A DNA stretch of 61,942 nucleotides, counting the filler, from Bacteriovoracaceae bacterium (GTDB lineage: Bacteria; Bdellovibrionota; Bacteriovoracia; Bacteriovoracales; Bacteriovoracaceae): the NCBI GenBank assembly GCA_018649885.1. It is 6 parts of 6 records of this genome, joined end to end, with 100 filler letters (N's around TTAATTAATTAA, not from the genome) between each part and the next. Parts side by side here need not be neighbours in the genome. Positions count along the whole stretch, not along the records: positions 41,509 to 49,651 come from JABIHA010000049.1; positions 49,752 to 55,548 come from JABIHA010000148.1; positions 55,649 to 61,942 come from JABIHA010000151.1; 3 more parts are not named here. The stretch is one strand, 5' to 3'. A program made the translations under genes and the position numbers. Below are positions 49,087 through 58,244 of this stretch, piece after piece. Every line of letters starts with the position of its first letter. Position 1 is the stretch's first letter. The notes under the pieces were generated by a model. It saw nothing but the letters and a program-made list of their open reading frames with translations. It was not told the DNA's origin and did not search any database.

Positions 49087-49545
49087 ATGGTTTACCATTT
49101 AACTATGAAACGTGTACTTATACCTACAGACTTTTCATCAGACTCTTTTAATACAATCGATCATGTATTAAAACTGCTACGATTTAGTAATTATTCATCT
49201 TATATTTTACTTTTAAATACATATCTCATTCCTTCTACGACTTATCCAGATAAAGTGATCGAGATGAATGATCAAATAAAACAAATTTCAGAAATGAATC
49301 TAAAGAAAGAATTGATTAAGGCCCAAGTCTTGAGCAGTAATCAATTAATTTCTATTGAAACAAGCTCGCGAATGGGCACACTTTACAACGTTATTTCTGA
49401 GCTTACGAAGAACGAAAAATTTGATATTGTGGCCATGGGCAAAGATGGTGGTAAGCACATTCAAAAAGTCTCGGAAACCCTTAAAAGGCTTGGAGGCCCT
49501 ACGCTATTAGTTGGAAGTAACACGAGTCGCGTTTACAACACCTGA
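49087..49545 (+). CDS. Universal stress protein
   Basis: MKRVLIPTDFS, DIVAMG..G, PTLLV. Confidence 0.85.
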   Translation: MVYHLTMKRVLIPTDFSSDSFNTIDHVLKLLRFSNYSSYILLLNTYLIPSTTYPDKVIEMNDQIKQISEMNLKKELIKAQVLSSNQLISIETSSRMGTLYNVISELTKNEKFDIVAMGKDGGKHIQKVSETLKRLGGPTLLVGSNTSRVYNT

Positions 49546-49975
49546 CTAAAATTGCCTTTTAATTTTGAGTCATACGTCTTCAGTTAAAATTGTAATTACT
49601 ACAGAACAATTTTAACAAAGGAAAAACGTATGACTCATCAACAGTATCTCANNNNNNNNNNNNNNNNNNNNNNNNNNNNNNNNNNNNNNNNNNNNTTAAT
49701 TAATTAANNNNNNNNNNNNNNNNNNNNNNNNNNNNNNNNNNNNNNNNNNNNCCATACCTGCCGAAAGTTAAACATTGAATTTTGGGATTACCTGCAAGAC
49801 AGATTAAATAAAAAATTCAAAATCCCAGCTCTACAAAACCTGATTGAAATTGCTTAGTTAGAAATCTAGCCTCTTTTTATTGAGTAGTTACCCCAAATCT
49901 GACTAAAAGCTAAACAATAACCCGTCAATTTTTCACAATCTCCCTATGTAAGCACCTAAAATCTCGAAGCAATTG

Positions 49976-49991
49976 TGGCACCTAATTTGTA
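49976..49991 (+). promoter_or_regulatory. Sigma54-like -24/-12 promoter
   Basis: TGGCAC-CTAAT-TTGTA against consensus TGGCAC-N5-TTGCW. Confidence 0.5.
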
Positions 49992-50001
49992 ATATAGATA
50001 G

Positions 50002-50100
50002 GTATAAAAATGTCATATTCCGACGGTTATTGCAGATGAAGGGGCAATAAACTTCGCGGACATTTTTAAATAAAAGGCTCAAGTCGTTGGGCCTTTTTTT
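50002..50100 (+). ncRNA. Putative small RNA or attenuating leader
   Basis: AAAAATGTC/GACATTTTT encloses TTATTGC/GCAATAA; then terminator AAAAGGCTCA-N6-TGGGCCTTTTTTT. Downstream of the sigma54-like motif. Confidence 0.45.
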
Positions 50101-50111
50101 ATGTTTTTCAT

Positions 50112-50892
50112 TTGAATTCGGGGGTTTTTATTAAAGGGATAATCACCCTATTCATCTTATTATTTGGAGTAGAGGCCTTTGCAGCTTCCGCTGGTAGTGA
50201 ATGCCAATTAAGTACCACTGCTCTAGAAACTCTTTCCCATAAAGTCACTCCTGGCCAATTTTTTAGAAAATTTAGGTGATACTGCTTATAGCTCAACCAA
50301 AGTGCTCGTGGGTACTAGCATTGCCAGGGAAATTAACAAATCTAAATTAATAGACAACGATCAAAAAATAAGAACACTTCAAAAAATTGAGAAGGTGATA
50401 GATCAAATTTACTGCACGCTTAAGTGGGGAGAAAATCTGGCTACACCCGATGCTATTGGAGTTGATTTTGTTTTCTTCCCTAAAGTGATTAATGGAAATC
50501 TGTATCTTGAAGTCGCCATGTTTTGGTTTGGTGGTTGGAATGTAGGAATCGGCTATGGTATTACTGTAGGGGGTTCTTTGATCTTTAATATTGCCGAGAC
50601 AGACGATTACAAAGCATTTTTCTTTGGCGGTGAATTTTCAGCGGTGGCCGGTCTAGGAGGCAAAGGCTTTGGCCATATTGGACTTCCCATCGAAGATTTT
50701 TTCCATGCCTACGTCGATTATAAAAAAGGTTATTTTCTTAGTAGTTATGGTCATTTAAGAGGTGCCTTCCAGAGACGAATTCCCATTACAGTGGGGCTGG
50801 GTGTTTCAGGAGGTGTAAATGCTGGGCCTGCAGGGCATGCATTTTATTTTATTAAAGCAAAGTCAGAGTTAGTGCGGCTATGGCCGTTTTAG
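50112..50892 (+). pseudogene. Frameshifted secreted/membrane protein gene
   Basis: A signal-peptide frame from TTG 50112 stops at 50279. Deleting one base, for example in the T6 run at 50259-50264, joins it to ORF 50302-50892. Confidence 0.6.
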
Positions 50893-51896
50893 AAATAAAT
50901 TTGAACCAGTAATCTATAGCCACCATCTAGTGCGTAGTTATAGTAAAGTCCTGAGGCAAACCAGTCGAGTGGCTTCCATCTGAGTCCAAAGAGCTGATGG
51001 GCCGAATTGGCCTTTCCTGCTCCCGCTATTTCAAGTAGTTCTTTTTCAGAGGTTGTTAGGTCTACACTTTTTTGTATTCTATAGGCGTAAGTAGCGTTGA
51101 GAGTTTCGCCGCCAAATGTAGCTGAGATAATTTGTGTTTTAACATGATAGTCAGCGGTGAAACTTGTCGTTGTAAAATAGGAAGACCACTCACCAATATA
51201 TTCTTTTGTTGCCGTATAATTCATATAGAAGTAGCTGTAGTCGATCAGTAGGTTTCCTAGTTTTAGTCCTGTAACGACTGAGTACATCTCTCTTGTTTCT
51301 GTCACTTCGTAATAGTTATCTTTGTAAGGGTTGGGCTTGTCCTTAAAATAGCTGGCGCCAAAAGTATAAAAAGAACCTTTGAAGGCAATTCCTGGCACGA
51401 GTGAGCCTCCACCATGCTCTAAATTGGAGCGGTATCCAAGACCTATGGGAAGAGTAAAGATATTGGATTTGTCTAATATATTTATAGCACTTCCCAGTGT
51501 CATAGATGGGTTAAATACCGCCTCTTCATAATTTTCGAGTAAGTTTCTCGTCTCTATAAGATGGTTTTCCACTCCGGAAAAAAAAGTGATATCTGAAAAG
51601 CGAAAATTTGATCCTAACCCAAAGCCATCAAAGCCTTTTATCAATGAGAAATTGAATGCAGTGTCGCTTTTAAATATCTCAACACCCAAGGGTGCAGTGT
51701 ATGTGGGAAGCGCAGCAGGTGAGGTATTAAATGCATCAAATAATAACGGGTATGAGCCTCCAGGGGCGTTAGACCTAGAAGAGTTACCACAACCATAGTT
51801 GCTGGATTTATAGATAGTGTCACATAGTGCTGAAACCCACTCAGCGTATAAATTAGACGAAGCAATGAATAAGAGTGTTGTAATCAGGAACTTCAC
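50889..51896 (-). CDS. Putative outer-membrane beta-barrel protein
   Basis: Signal peptide, aromatic/Gly-rich amphipathic strands and C-terminal YRLLVQIYF. Confidence 0.7.
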   Translation of the reverse strand: MKFLITTLLFIASSNLYAEWVSALCDTIYKSSNYGCGNSSRSNAPGGSYPLLFDAFNTSPAALPTYTAPLGVEIFKSDTAFNFSLIKGFDGFGLGSNFRFSDITFFSGVENHLIETRNLLENYEEAVFNPSMTLGSAINILDKSNIFTLPIGLGYRSNLEHGGGSLVPGIAFKGSFYTFGASYFKDKPNPYKDNYYEVTETREMYSVVTGLKLGNLLIDYSYFYMNYTATKEYIGEWSSYFTTTSFTADYHVKTQIISATFGGETLNATYAYRIQKSVDLTTSEKELLEIAGAGKANSAHQLFGLRWKPLDWFASGLYYNYALDGGYRLLVQIYF

Positions 51897-52040
51897 CTAT
51901 TAAGGATAGAGGGCATCCGGAGCATTTAACAGTGAGCAGATAGCGCCATCAAACAAAAATGATTTATTTCGCATGACTACTTGAATAAAGAGCTGTTTTG
52001 GGCCACGGTTGGCGCTAGTCTAGTAATAAGGAGATTGTTT

Positions 52041-52454
52041 ATGCTTGAACGTATTAATCAAGATATTAAAACGGCCATGAAAAGTAGAAATAAACCAAAG
52101 CTTGAAGCTCTTAGATTTTTGAAATCAAAGCTCTTAGAGAACAAAACAGCTAAGAAGCCAATCGCCGAGCTAGATGTAGTGATCTCACATGTAAAAAAAT
52201 TAAAAGATTCACTGACAAACTTCCCAGAGGGGTCTGATCTTTTGAGCAACACTCAGACTGAAATTGAAAACTTATCTGATTACCTTCCTCAGCCTCTTAC
52301 TGAAGGCGAAGTCCGCACTATCATTGAAGGGATCATCTCTTCAAATGAGGGCGCCCATATGGGGGTTGTGATGAAAGAGCTTACAGGTCAAATCAAAGGA
52401 AAATTTGATGGCAGAAGAGCTTCGGAGATGGTCAAAGAATTATTAAGTAAGTAA
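52041..52454 (+). CDS. GatB/YqeY domain protein
   Basis: L.ERI..D.K.AMK....L..LR.LK, YLP..L.E.E, MG.VMK; ATG at 52041 with AGGAG RBS. Confidence 0.92.
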   Translation: MLERINQDIKTAMKSRNKPKLEALRFLKSKLLENKTAKKPIAELDVVISHVKKLKDSLTNFPEGSDLLSNTQTEIENLSDYLPQPLTEGEVRTIIEGIISSNEGAHMGVVMKELTGQIKGKFDGRRASEMVKELLSK

Positions 52455-52465
52455 AAAATCCAAAA

Positions 52466-52570
52466 TATACTGATTCCAGTTTGGATTTCAAGTGAGTGGA
52501 TGACGAAGAAGGCGTGTAGCACACTCCGATGAGGAATACGCCACTTGAAATTCAAACTGGGATCAGTATA
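52466..52570. repeat. 105-bp palindromic MITE/REP-like element
   Basis: 29-bp terminal inverted repeats (52466-52494 and 52542-52570) with two mismatches, bounded by TATA. Confidence 0.7.
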
Positions 52571-52731
52571 AAGAGAGGCCACATAACAATGTGGCCCCTG
52601 CACCCGATATTTGCCTTCTGGAAAGGCAGTCCCCGAGGGACTTTATACGCCCGCAAGGTGCGAATATGATGCCAAGTGCAGTTTGAGTAAATTCCAATCT
52701 TTGACGCATGTACAATAGAGTCACTTTGAAA

Positions 52732-53553
52732 CTAGTGCTCTAATATCCTGACCCCAATGACTTTTTCACCAGACTCTAATTTACCGACTCTTCCAGCCGC
52801 TGAAATGCAGCTGTGATGAAATCTCAAAAGCTTGTGGTGACATAGGTGAATAATTCTTGCAGAGCCTATGGAGACGGCGTGAGAGCTTCCTGAAAAGGTG
52901 GAAAGGTTTTTGGCGGTGTAGAAATCGGCCCGCGTGATGAGAGATGGGGGAAGAAAGCCATCTATTTTTTTGTCGTAGAGTGATTTTGAGTAGTGGCCAA
53001 ATAAATAGATATTTTTATTTTGATGCATTTTTTGTGGCCATGGAATTTGATTTTTTGTGATCTCCCCCTCTTTTGTACCCGCTGCTAGAAGAAGAGGGTA
53101 GGGCGGGAGTTGGGGATAGCTTTCCAGTTTTGCAACTAGGGAGCTGGCACTGACTCCAAGATGGACACCTTTTTTTATGGAGTCCTTAAGAGCACTATTC
53201 CAAAGGGCGTAGCTGCTGATTCCATTTTTATCGTAAATTGAATAGAGGTAGATTTTTAGGGGGGAGTTGTAGTGATGGTTTTTAAGGTCTTTTAGTAGAG
53301 CTTTCAGCACCAGGTGTCCGTGAAGAGATTTCAACTCTTTTGATTTTTTGCAGTCATCATGAGTGGGAGTATTGGGCGATAGAGCTTCAAAGTTTACGGG
53401 GTTTAATGAGATAGACTTGGGAGTTTCATGGTACTTTGTAGGACAAAAACCAGAATCAAATAAGGCCACTTTTAAAGTGGCCTCATTGTTTGCATATAAA
53501 AAACTTGTTTTAAATAAAACTAATAATAGTAGCAGTTTTATGAAACCTCCCAA
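52732..53553 (-). CDS. Divergent subtilase (S8)-like secreted protein
   Basis: VALFDSG, HGHLV, LAAG and FSGSSHA give a D/H/S triad in subtilase order. Confidence 0.65.
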   Translation of the reverse strand: MGGFIKLLLLLVLFKTSFLYANNEATLKVALFDSGFCPTKYHETPKSISLNPVNFEALSPNTPTHDDCKKSKELKSLHGHLVLKALLKDLKNHHYNSPLKIYLYSIYDKNGISSYALWNSALKDSIKKGVHLGVSASSLVAKLESYPQLPPYPLLLAAGTKEGEITKNQIPWPQKMHQNKNIYLFGHYSKSLYDKKIDGFLPPSLITRADFYTAKNLSTFSGSSHAVSIGSARIIHLCHHKLLRFHHSCISAAGRVGKLESGEKVIGVRILEH

Positions 53554-54548
53554 ATATCCCCTTTTTTCAGAAGGGCCTTCATATCACCTTTTCCTTTTTT
53601 CTCAGTGACCGCTTCAATTTGAGCAGTGACACCCTGGTCGTAAACTGGAGCATCAACGCTTTTAAGAACACCAATTGGGATTGGATGCTCAGGAAGCTCA
53701 AGGTTGGACAGGATTGAGGCCATATTTGGATCTGTTTCATCGTGGACAATGAGATCAGCTTCAGTGGCCCCGGCTTCTCCAATGGTGACATTTTCAACTT
53801 TAAAGCCATTGAGTTTGAGGCCTAGGTTTTTCTCTTTGCCGTAAATTAGTGGTTTCCCATTTTCGAGTCTTACAGAATAGTCATCTCTAGTGGCACGGTT
53901 AGTATACTGATCGTGCACTTTATCATTAAAGATAATACAATTTTGAAAGACCTCAATGACGGAGCAACCCTTGTGTTCAGCTGCCTTTAAAAAGGTCTCT
54001 TGCATATGTTTTGGGTCAGTATCAATTGTTCTGGCATAGAAAGTAGCTCCGGCGCCAAGTGCAACTCTAGCTGGGGAGAAGGGGAGGTCAATTGATCCGA
54101 ATGGAGATGATTTAGTGACAATACCAGGCTTTGATGTGGGAGAGTATTGTCCCTTAGTCAGGCCATAGATTTCGTTGTTAAACAAAATAATATTGATATC
54201 CATATTTCTTCTGACGGCATGGATAAAGTGGTTGCCACCAATAGAGAGTCCATCACCGTCACCTGTGATCAGCCATACAGCGAGATCTGGGTTAAAAGTC
54301 TTAAGTCCTGAAGCAAAGCCTGGCGCTCGTCCGTGGATTGTGTGAAGTCCGTAGGTGTCCATGTAGTAGGGAAACCTAGAAGAACAACCAATCCCGGAAA
54401 TGAAGGTGATATCTTTTTTCTCTCGTCCAAGTTTTGTCATAGCAAGTTGAACGGCAGATAAAATGGCGTAGTCGCCGCAACCTGGGCACCATTTTACTTC
54501 TTGGTCTGATACAAAATCTTTTTTCTTATATTGTGGCACATCAGTCAT
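53538..54548 (-). CDS. korB: 2-oxoacid:ferredoxin oxidoreductase beta subunit
   Basis: WCPGCGD, SGIGCSSR, HTIHGR, GDGD..SIGGNH, NN.IYGLTKGQ.SPT. Confidence 0.93.
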   Translation of the reverse strand: MTDVPQYKKKDFVSDQEVKWCPGCGDYAILSAVQLAMTKLGREKKDITFISGIGCSSRFPYYMDTYGLHTIHGRAPGFASGLKTFNPDLAVWLITGDGDGLSIGGNHFIHAVRRNMDINIILFNNEIYGLTKGQYSPTSKPGIVTKSSPFGSIDLPFSPARVALGAGATFYARTIDTDPKHMQETFLKAAEHKGCSVIEVFQNCIIFNDKVHDQYTNRATRDDYSVRLENGKPLIYGKEKNLGLKLNGFKVENVTIGEAGATEADLIVHDETDPNMASILSNLELPEHPIPIGVLKSVDAPVYDQGVTAQIEAVTEKKGKGDMKALLKKGDIWEVS

Positions 54549-54557
54549 GTGATCCCC

Positions 54558-55548
54558 TTATAGTGTCTCTAATTGTCTGTTTACGGCTTCAACAAGTTCA
54601 GAGATTTTAAATGGAAGCCCCTGTACTTTATTGTATCCAATGGCACCAATGTTAAATTCAGCATTGATGATATTTCTCATTTGGCCTAAGTTGAGCTCAC
54701 ACACTAAAACCTTTTTGAAATTGCCCAAAATTTCACCAATATTTTTTGGCATAGGATTAATGTATTTTAGATGGCATAGAGAAACTTTTTTTCCTTGCTC
54801 AAGTAGCTCTTTAACGGCCATGTGAGTGGCACCATATGTACCTCCCCAAGAGAGAACTAAAACGTCTCCACTATCTTCACCTTCAAGTGTTTGAAGTGGA
54901 ATATTATCCTCCACTCTTTTAACTTTTTCAGCTCTGATATGGCACATATCTGAATGGTTGTCTGGGTCGTAGCTGACATTGCCAGTTTTCACATCTTTTT
55001 CAAGGCCTCCGAGTCTGTGCTCGAAGCCTTCCATTCCTGGAACGGCCCAGTTTCTTACATGAGTCTTGTCTTCCCGCTTATAGGCGAGAAAACCCTCGCT
55101 TGAAGTTTTTGAAGGATCAATCATCCTTGAGTTAATCTTATTAAACCTCTTGTCGAGGTCTGGAATCTTCCAAGGCTCCGCTCCGTTGGCTATATAGCCA
55201 TCAGTTAATAAAACAACAGGGGTCATATGCTCAAGAGCAAGTCTGCATGCCTCAAAGGCCATTTCAAAGCAATCATTAGGTCTTGAAGCGGCTACAACTA
55301 TCATTGGGCATTCGCCATTTCTGCCGTACATAACTTGCATTAAATCTGATTGTTCAGTTTTAGTAGGAAGCCCAGTGGAGGGTCCACCTCTTTGAACGTT
55401 AACCACAACGATGGGAAGCTCGTACATAGTAGCAAGTCCCATGGCCTCACCTTTAAGAGCAATTCCAGGTCCTGAACTAGTGGTAAGGGCCAAAGCTCCA
55501 CCAAAAGATGCACCGATGGCAGAACAAATTCCCGCTATCTCATCTTCG
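54558..55548 (-). CDS. korA: 2-oxoacid:ferredoxin oxidoreductase alpha subunit, 5'-truncated by the contig end
   Basis: EDEIAGIC.AIGASFGG, TSSGPG, QRGGPSTGLPTKTEQSD, ELNLGQ. Confidence 0.93.
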
Positions 55549-55654
55549 NNNNNNNNNNNNNNNNNNNNNNNNNNNNNNNNNNNNNNNNNNNNTTAATTAA
55601 TTAANNNNNNNNNNNNNNNNNNNNNNNNNNNNNNNNNNNNNNNNNNNNAATATC

Positions 55655-55789
55655 TAGCTTGGAGTAATTCCATGGTTTTTAAAGGGCCTTTAGGCCAAAA
55701 AAGAGGGCCTTTTTGAGGCCGTCGATAATTTCAGGGGGCATTTTAGTAAAGAGAGTGGGGGAGTTGTAGTGCTAGTTTTACTTTCACCC
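55655..55789 (+). mobile_element. 135-bp unit (copy 2)
   Basis: TAGCTTGGAG...TTTCACCC; no differences seen from the other copies. Confidence 0.85.
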
Positions 55790-55883
55790 ATGATTTTATT
55801 TTTGTTCTTGCAGGGAACCTTTCACCTCTTCCAGCACTAAAGAATATGGGAGTAAATATCTCCAAAGTATCAGGGAGAGAATT

Positions 55884-56609
55884 GTGAAAGTCTTGGCGCC
55901 TCTACTCTTTATATTGTGTTTTTCCTTTTTGGGATGTGTCCCAGAGCAACCTATTGCTGAAAGTAGCACTTCCCCTTTAACTGAGTTTTCCCATGATGGA
56001 CTTGAGGGAGCTTGTACAGGCTGTCACTTAGAAAAAAGACCCAGCGAAGAGCATAATCGAAATATGCAGTGTGACCGTTGCCACGTGACTCGTCAGTGGG
56101 ATAAAAACATCGACTTTGACCACACTCCCAAACCAAAAGACTGTAAGCTATGCCACCTTGAACAACGTCCAGAGACAAGCTTTGGAAATAACACCCTCGA
56201 GGTATCTGTTCACGGTCAAGGATTTAACTGCAAGAAGTGTCATAGTGTAGAGAACTGGAAAGAAGGCATCTCCTATTCCCACGACCCCAATACTGGCAAA
56301 AAGTGTTATGAGTGTCATAGCGAAAAAAGGCCTGCGGTCTCTAAGTTTCCGAAACCCAAACATCAAGTTAAGGTAGGACACTATGAGACAAAAGACTGTT
56401 CTAGCTGCCACAAAACTGAAACAAATAAAAACGAGTGGTACTTCGATCATTCCGATTCAAAAGATCGGGATATTAAATTTTGTCTTCCTTGTCATAAAAC
56501 CGCAGGTAAGAGAAAACACTTTTACGCAATCCCCTTTGGTGGCTTTCGTGGAGATGGTAACTGCTATAAATGCCACAATAAAAAAAGACAAAGCTGGAAA
56601 GCGAAGTAG
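55884..56609 (+). CDS. Octaheme c-type cytochrome lipoprotein
   Basis: Lipobox FLGC; eight CxxCH motifs (CTGCH, CDRCH, CKLCH, CKKCH, CYECH, CSSCH, CLPCH, CYKCH). Confidence 0.9.
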   Translation: MKVLAPLLFILCFSFLGCVPEQPIAESSTSPLTEFSHDGLEGACTGCHLEKRPSEEHNRNMQCDRCHVTRQWDKNIDFDHTPKPKDCKLCHLEQRPETSFGNNTLEVSVHGQGFNCKKCHSVENWKEGISYSHDPNTGKKCYECHSEKRPAVSKFPKPKHQVKVGHYETKDCSSCHKTETNKNEWYFDHSDSKDRDIKFCLPCHKTAGKRKHFYAIPFGGFRGDGNCYKCHNKKRQSWKAK

Positions 56610-56730
56610 ATCATTCTCCCCTTACTCTGCCTTTGAATAACTAGATGTCTAATTGCTAAACACTCTCTTATTAGTATAGGCAAATAATGTTAAATGATTC
56701 CTTTAAACCTCTGAAATTATGAAGTAATTC

Positions 56731-56746
56731 TGGCAACGAGGTTGCA
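56731..56746 (+). promoter_or_regulatory. Sigma54-like promoter
   Basis: TGGCAA-CGAGG-TTGCA upstream of 56793. A second, GGGCAT-CATTA-TTGCT (57499-57514), precedes 57562. Confidence 0.5.
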
Positions 56747-56792
56747 TATTTAGCTACATAATTTAAAACGTGGTGATATTGAGAGGTTTTTA

Positions 56793-57386
56793 ATGAAGAA
56801 ATTATTCGTAATTTTTACTTTGGTTTTACCACTTGGCCTATTGGCCTCTCCTGGAGAGCACTCAGATGGCACATTCCACTTTTCACAATTTCATATCGAT
56901 TCAAAGGCCAAAATCATGGTTTTTCAATCTCCAGGCCAAGAGAGTGGGAAACGTATAGTAATCAAATGTCCCAAGATTGGAGACCGTACACGAATTACAG
57001 TATACGAAGGTGAAAAGAAAATAGTATCACCTATTATTTTGTCAAAAGCTGCTTGTAATGCCCAGTTAAGCTTTTTAAAAACAAAGATTCTAATGGATAC
57101 AATTGCTGATACTCCGCAATGCTCTGGACATAGTGCCAACGTAAAATTTTGTGGTTCACCTAAAGGCCTTGATCCCTACTCAGTGACATTAGACTCTGAA
57201 GGCCATAATTTTATATCTTTTAATCATTCAAACGCAAATAAATACCATCCTAAAGAATTATTCATGGACCGAATCAAGGCCGATACAAATGCTATCAAAG
57301 ATAGACTTGATGACATTGGTCCGATTTGTATGCCGGGAATTATATCTAACCGAGAGGGATGTAGAGGTGGAGTCAGCACCGAGTAA
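56793..57386 (+). CDS. Secreted hypothetical protein
   Basis: GAGG RBS, signal peptide, six Cys. Confidence 0.75.
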   Translation: MKKLFVIFTLVLPLGLLASPGEHSDGTFHFSQFHIDSKAKIMVFQSPGQESGKRIVIKCPKIGDRTRITVYEGEKKIVSPIILSKAACNAQLSFLKTKILMDTIADTPQCSGHSANVKFCGSPKGLDPYSVTLDSEGHNFISFNHSNANKYHPKELFMDRIKADTNAIKDRLDDIGPICMPGIISNREGCRGGVSTE

Positions 57387-57561
57387 CTCCCTATCTAACC
57401 CTAAAATAAAAATATTTAATCAATTTAATATTTAGATACGCTTGTTAATAAGATAGTCAAAACTAGGTGTTTCCTTCACTGTTATTTGGAAAATTATTGG
57501 CATCATTATTGCTCTCTAGTTAGGTAACTTACTAATTAAAATTATTTCAGAGGATTTTCAA

Positions 57562-57894
57562 ATGAATAAATTTTGTTTTATTTTTCTAATATTCAGCACA
57601 TCTGCTTTTGCTCAAGTTGATATTGACTTTAGAGTAGTTGGAAGTAGCTATACGTTAGAATTTAACAATGGTCATGTTTGTAAGGTACAGCCTTCTTTTT
57701 CTGAGGCACCTGCTCTTGGCTACGGAGCCGATATCTCAGTTGCTAAAGAAAATGCCATCCAAAATTGTATATCGCAAACAGGTAAGCACAGAATGTTTTG
57801 CGAAGATACAAGTTGTGAACGAATAGCATTTAATAATGGTAATCCGATCATATCAGTATCTAATAGAGGTGCAGGAATTGGCGTTTACTTTTAG
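57562..57894 (+). CDS. Secreted Cys-containing protein whose stop codon is the first TAG of the 135-bp unit
   Basis: Signal peptide ending AFA; C.......G.G.....A...A...C...C...C pattern. Confidence 0.75.
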   Translation: MNKFCFIFLIFSTSAFAQVDIDFRVVGSSYTLEFNNGHVCKVQPSFSEAPALGYGADISVAKENAIQNCISQTGKHRMFCEDTSCERIAFNNGNPIISVSNRGAGIGVYF

Positions 57895-58026
57895 CTTGGA
57901 GTAATTCCATGGTTTTTAAAGGGCCTTTAGGCCAAAAAAGAGGGCCTTTTTGAGGCCGTCGATAATTTCAGGGGGCATTTTAGTAAAGAGAGTGGGGGAG
58001 TTGTAGTGCTAGTTTTACTTTCACCC
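57892..58026 (+). mobile_element. 135-bp unit (copy 3)
   Basis: Matches the other copies. Confidence 0.85.
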
Positions 58027-58244
58027 CAAATTACTTGGGTCGGGACAACTCCTACAGGGGGGGAAAACTTCAATTAACAACCATGCGCTTTTAGATGTGT
58101 TTGGATGTATAGCTAGACAGAAAGGGGCCTCGGAAAAGGGGCCATTTAGAGTAGAAACGAATTTTATTTACTTGAGTGAAGTACTTGAAAATAGGGGTAG
58201 AAATTTCTACGCTTGGAGTTCAAGTAAATGTGGAGTAAAATAGA

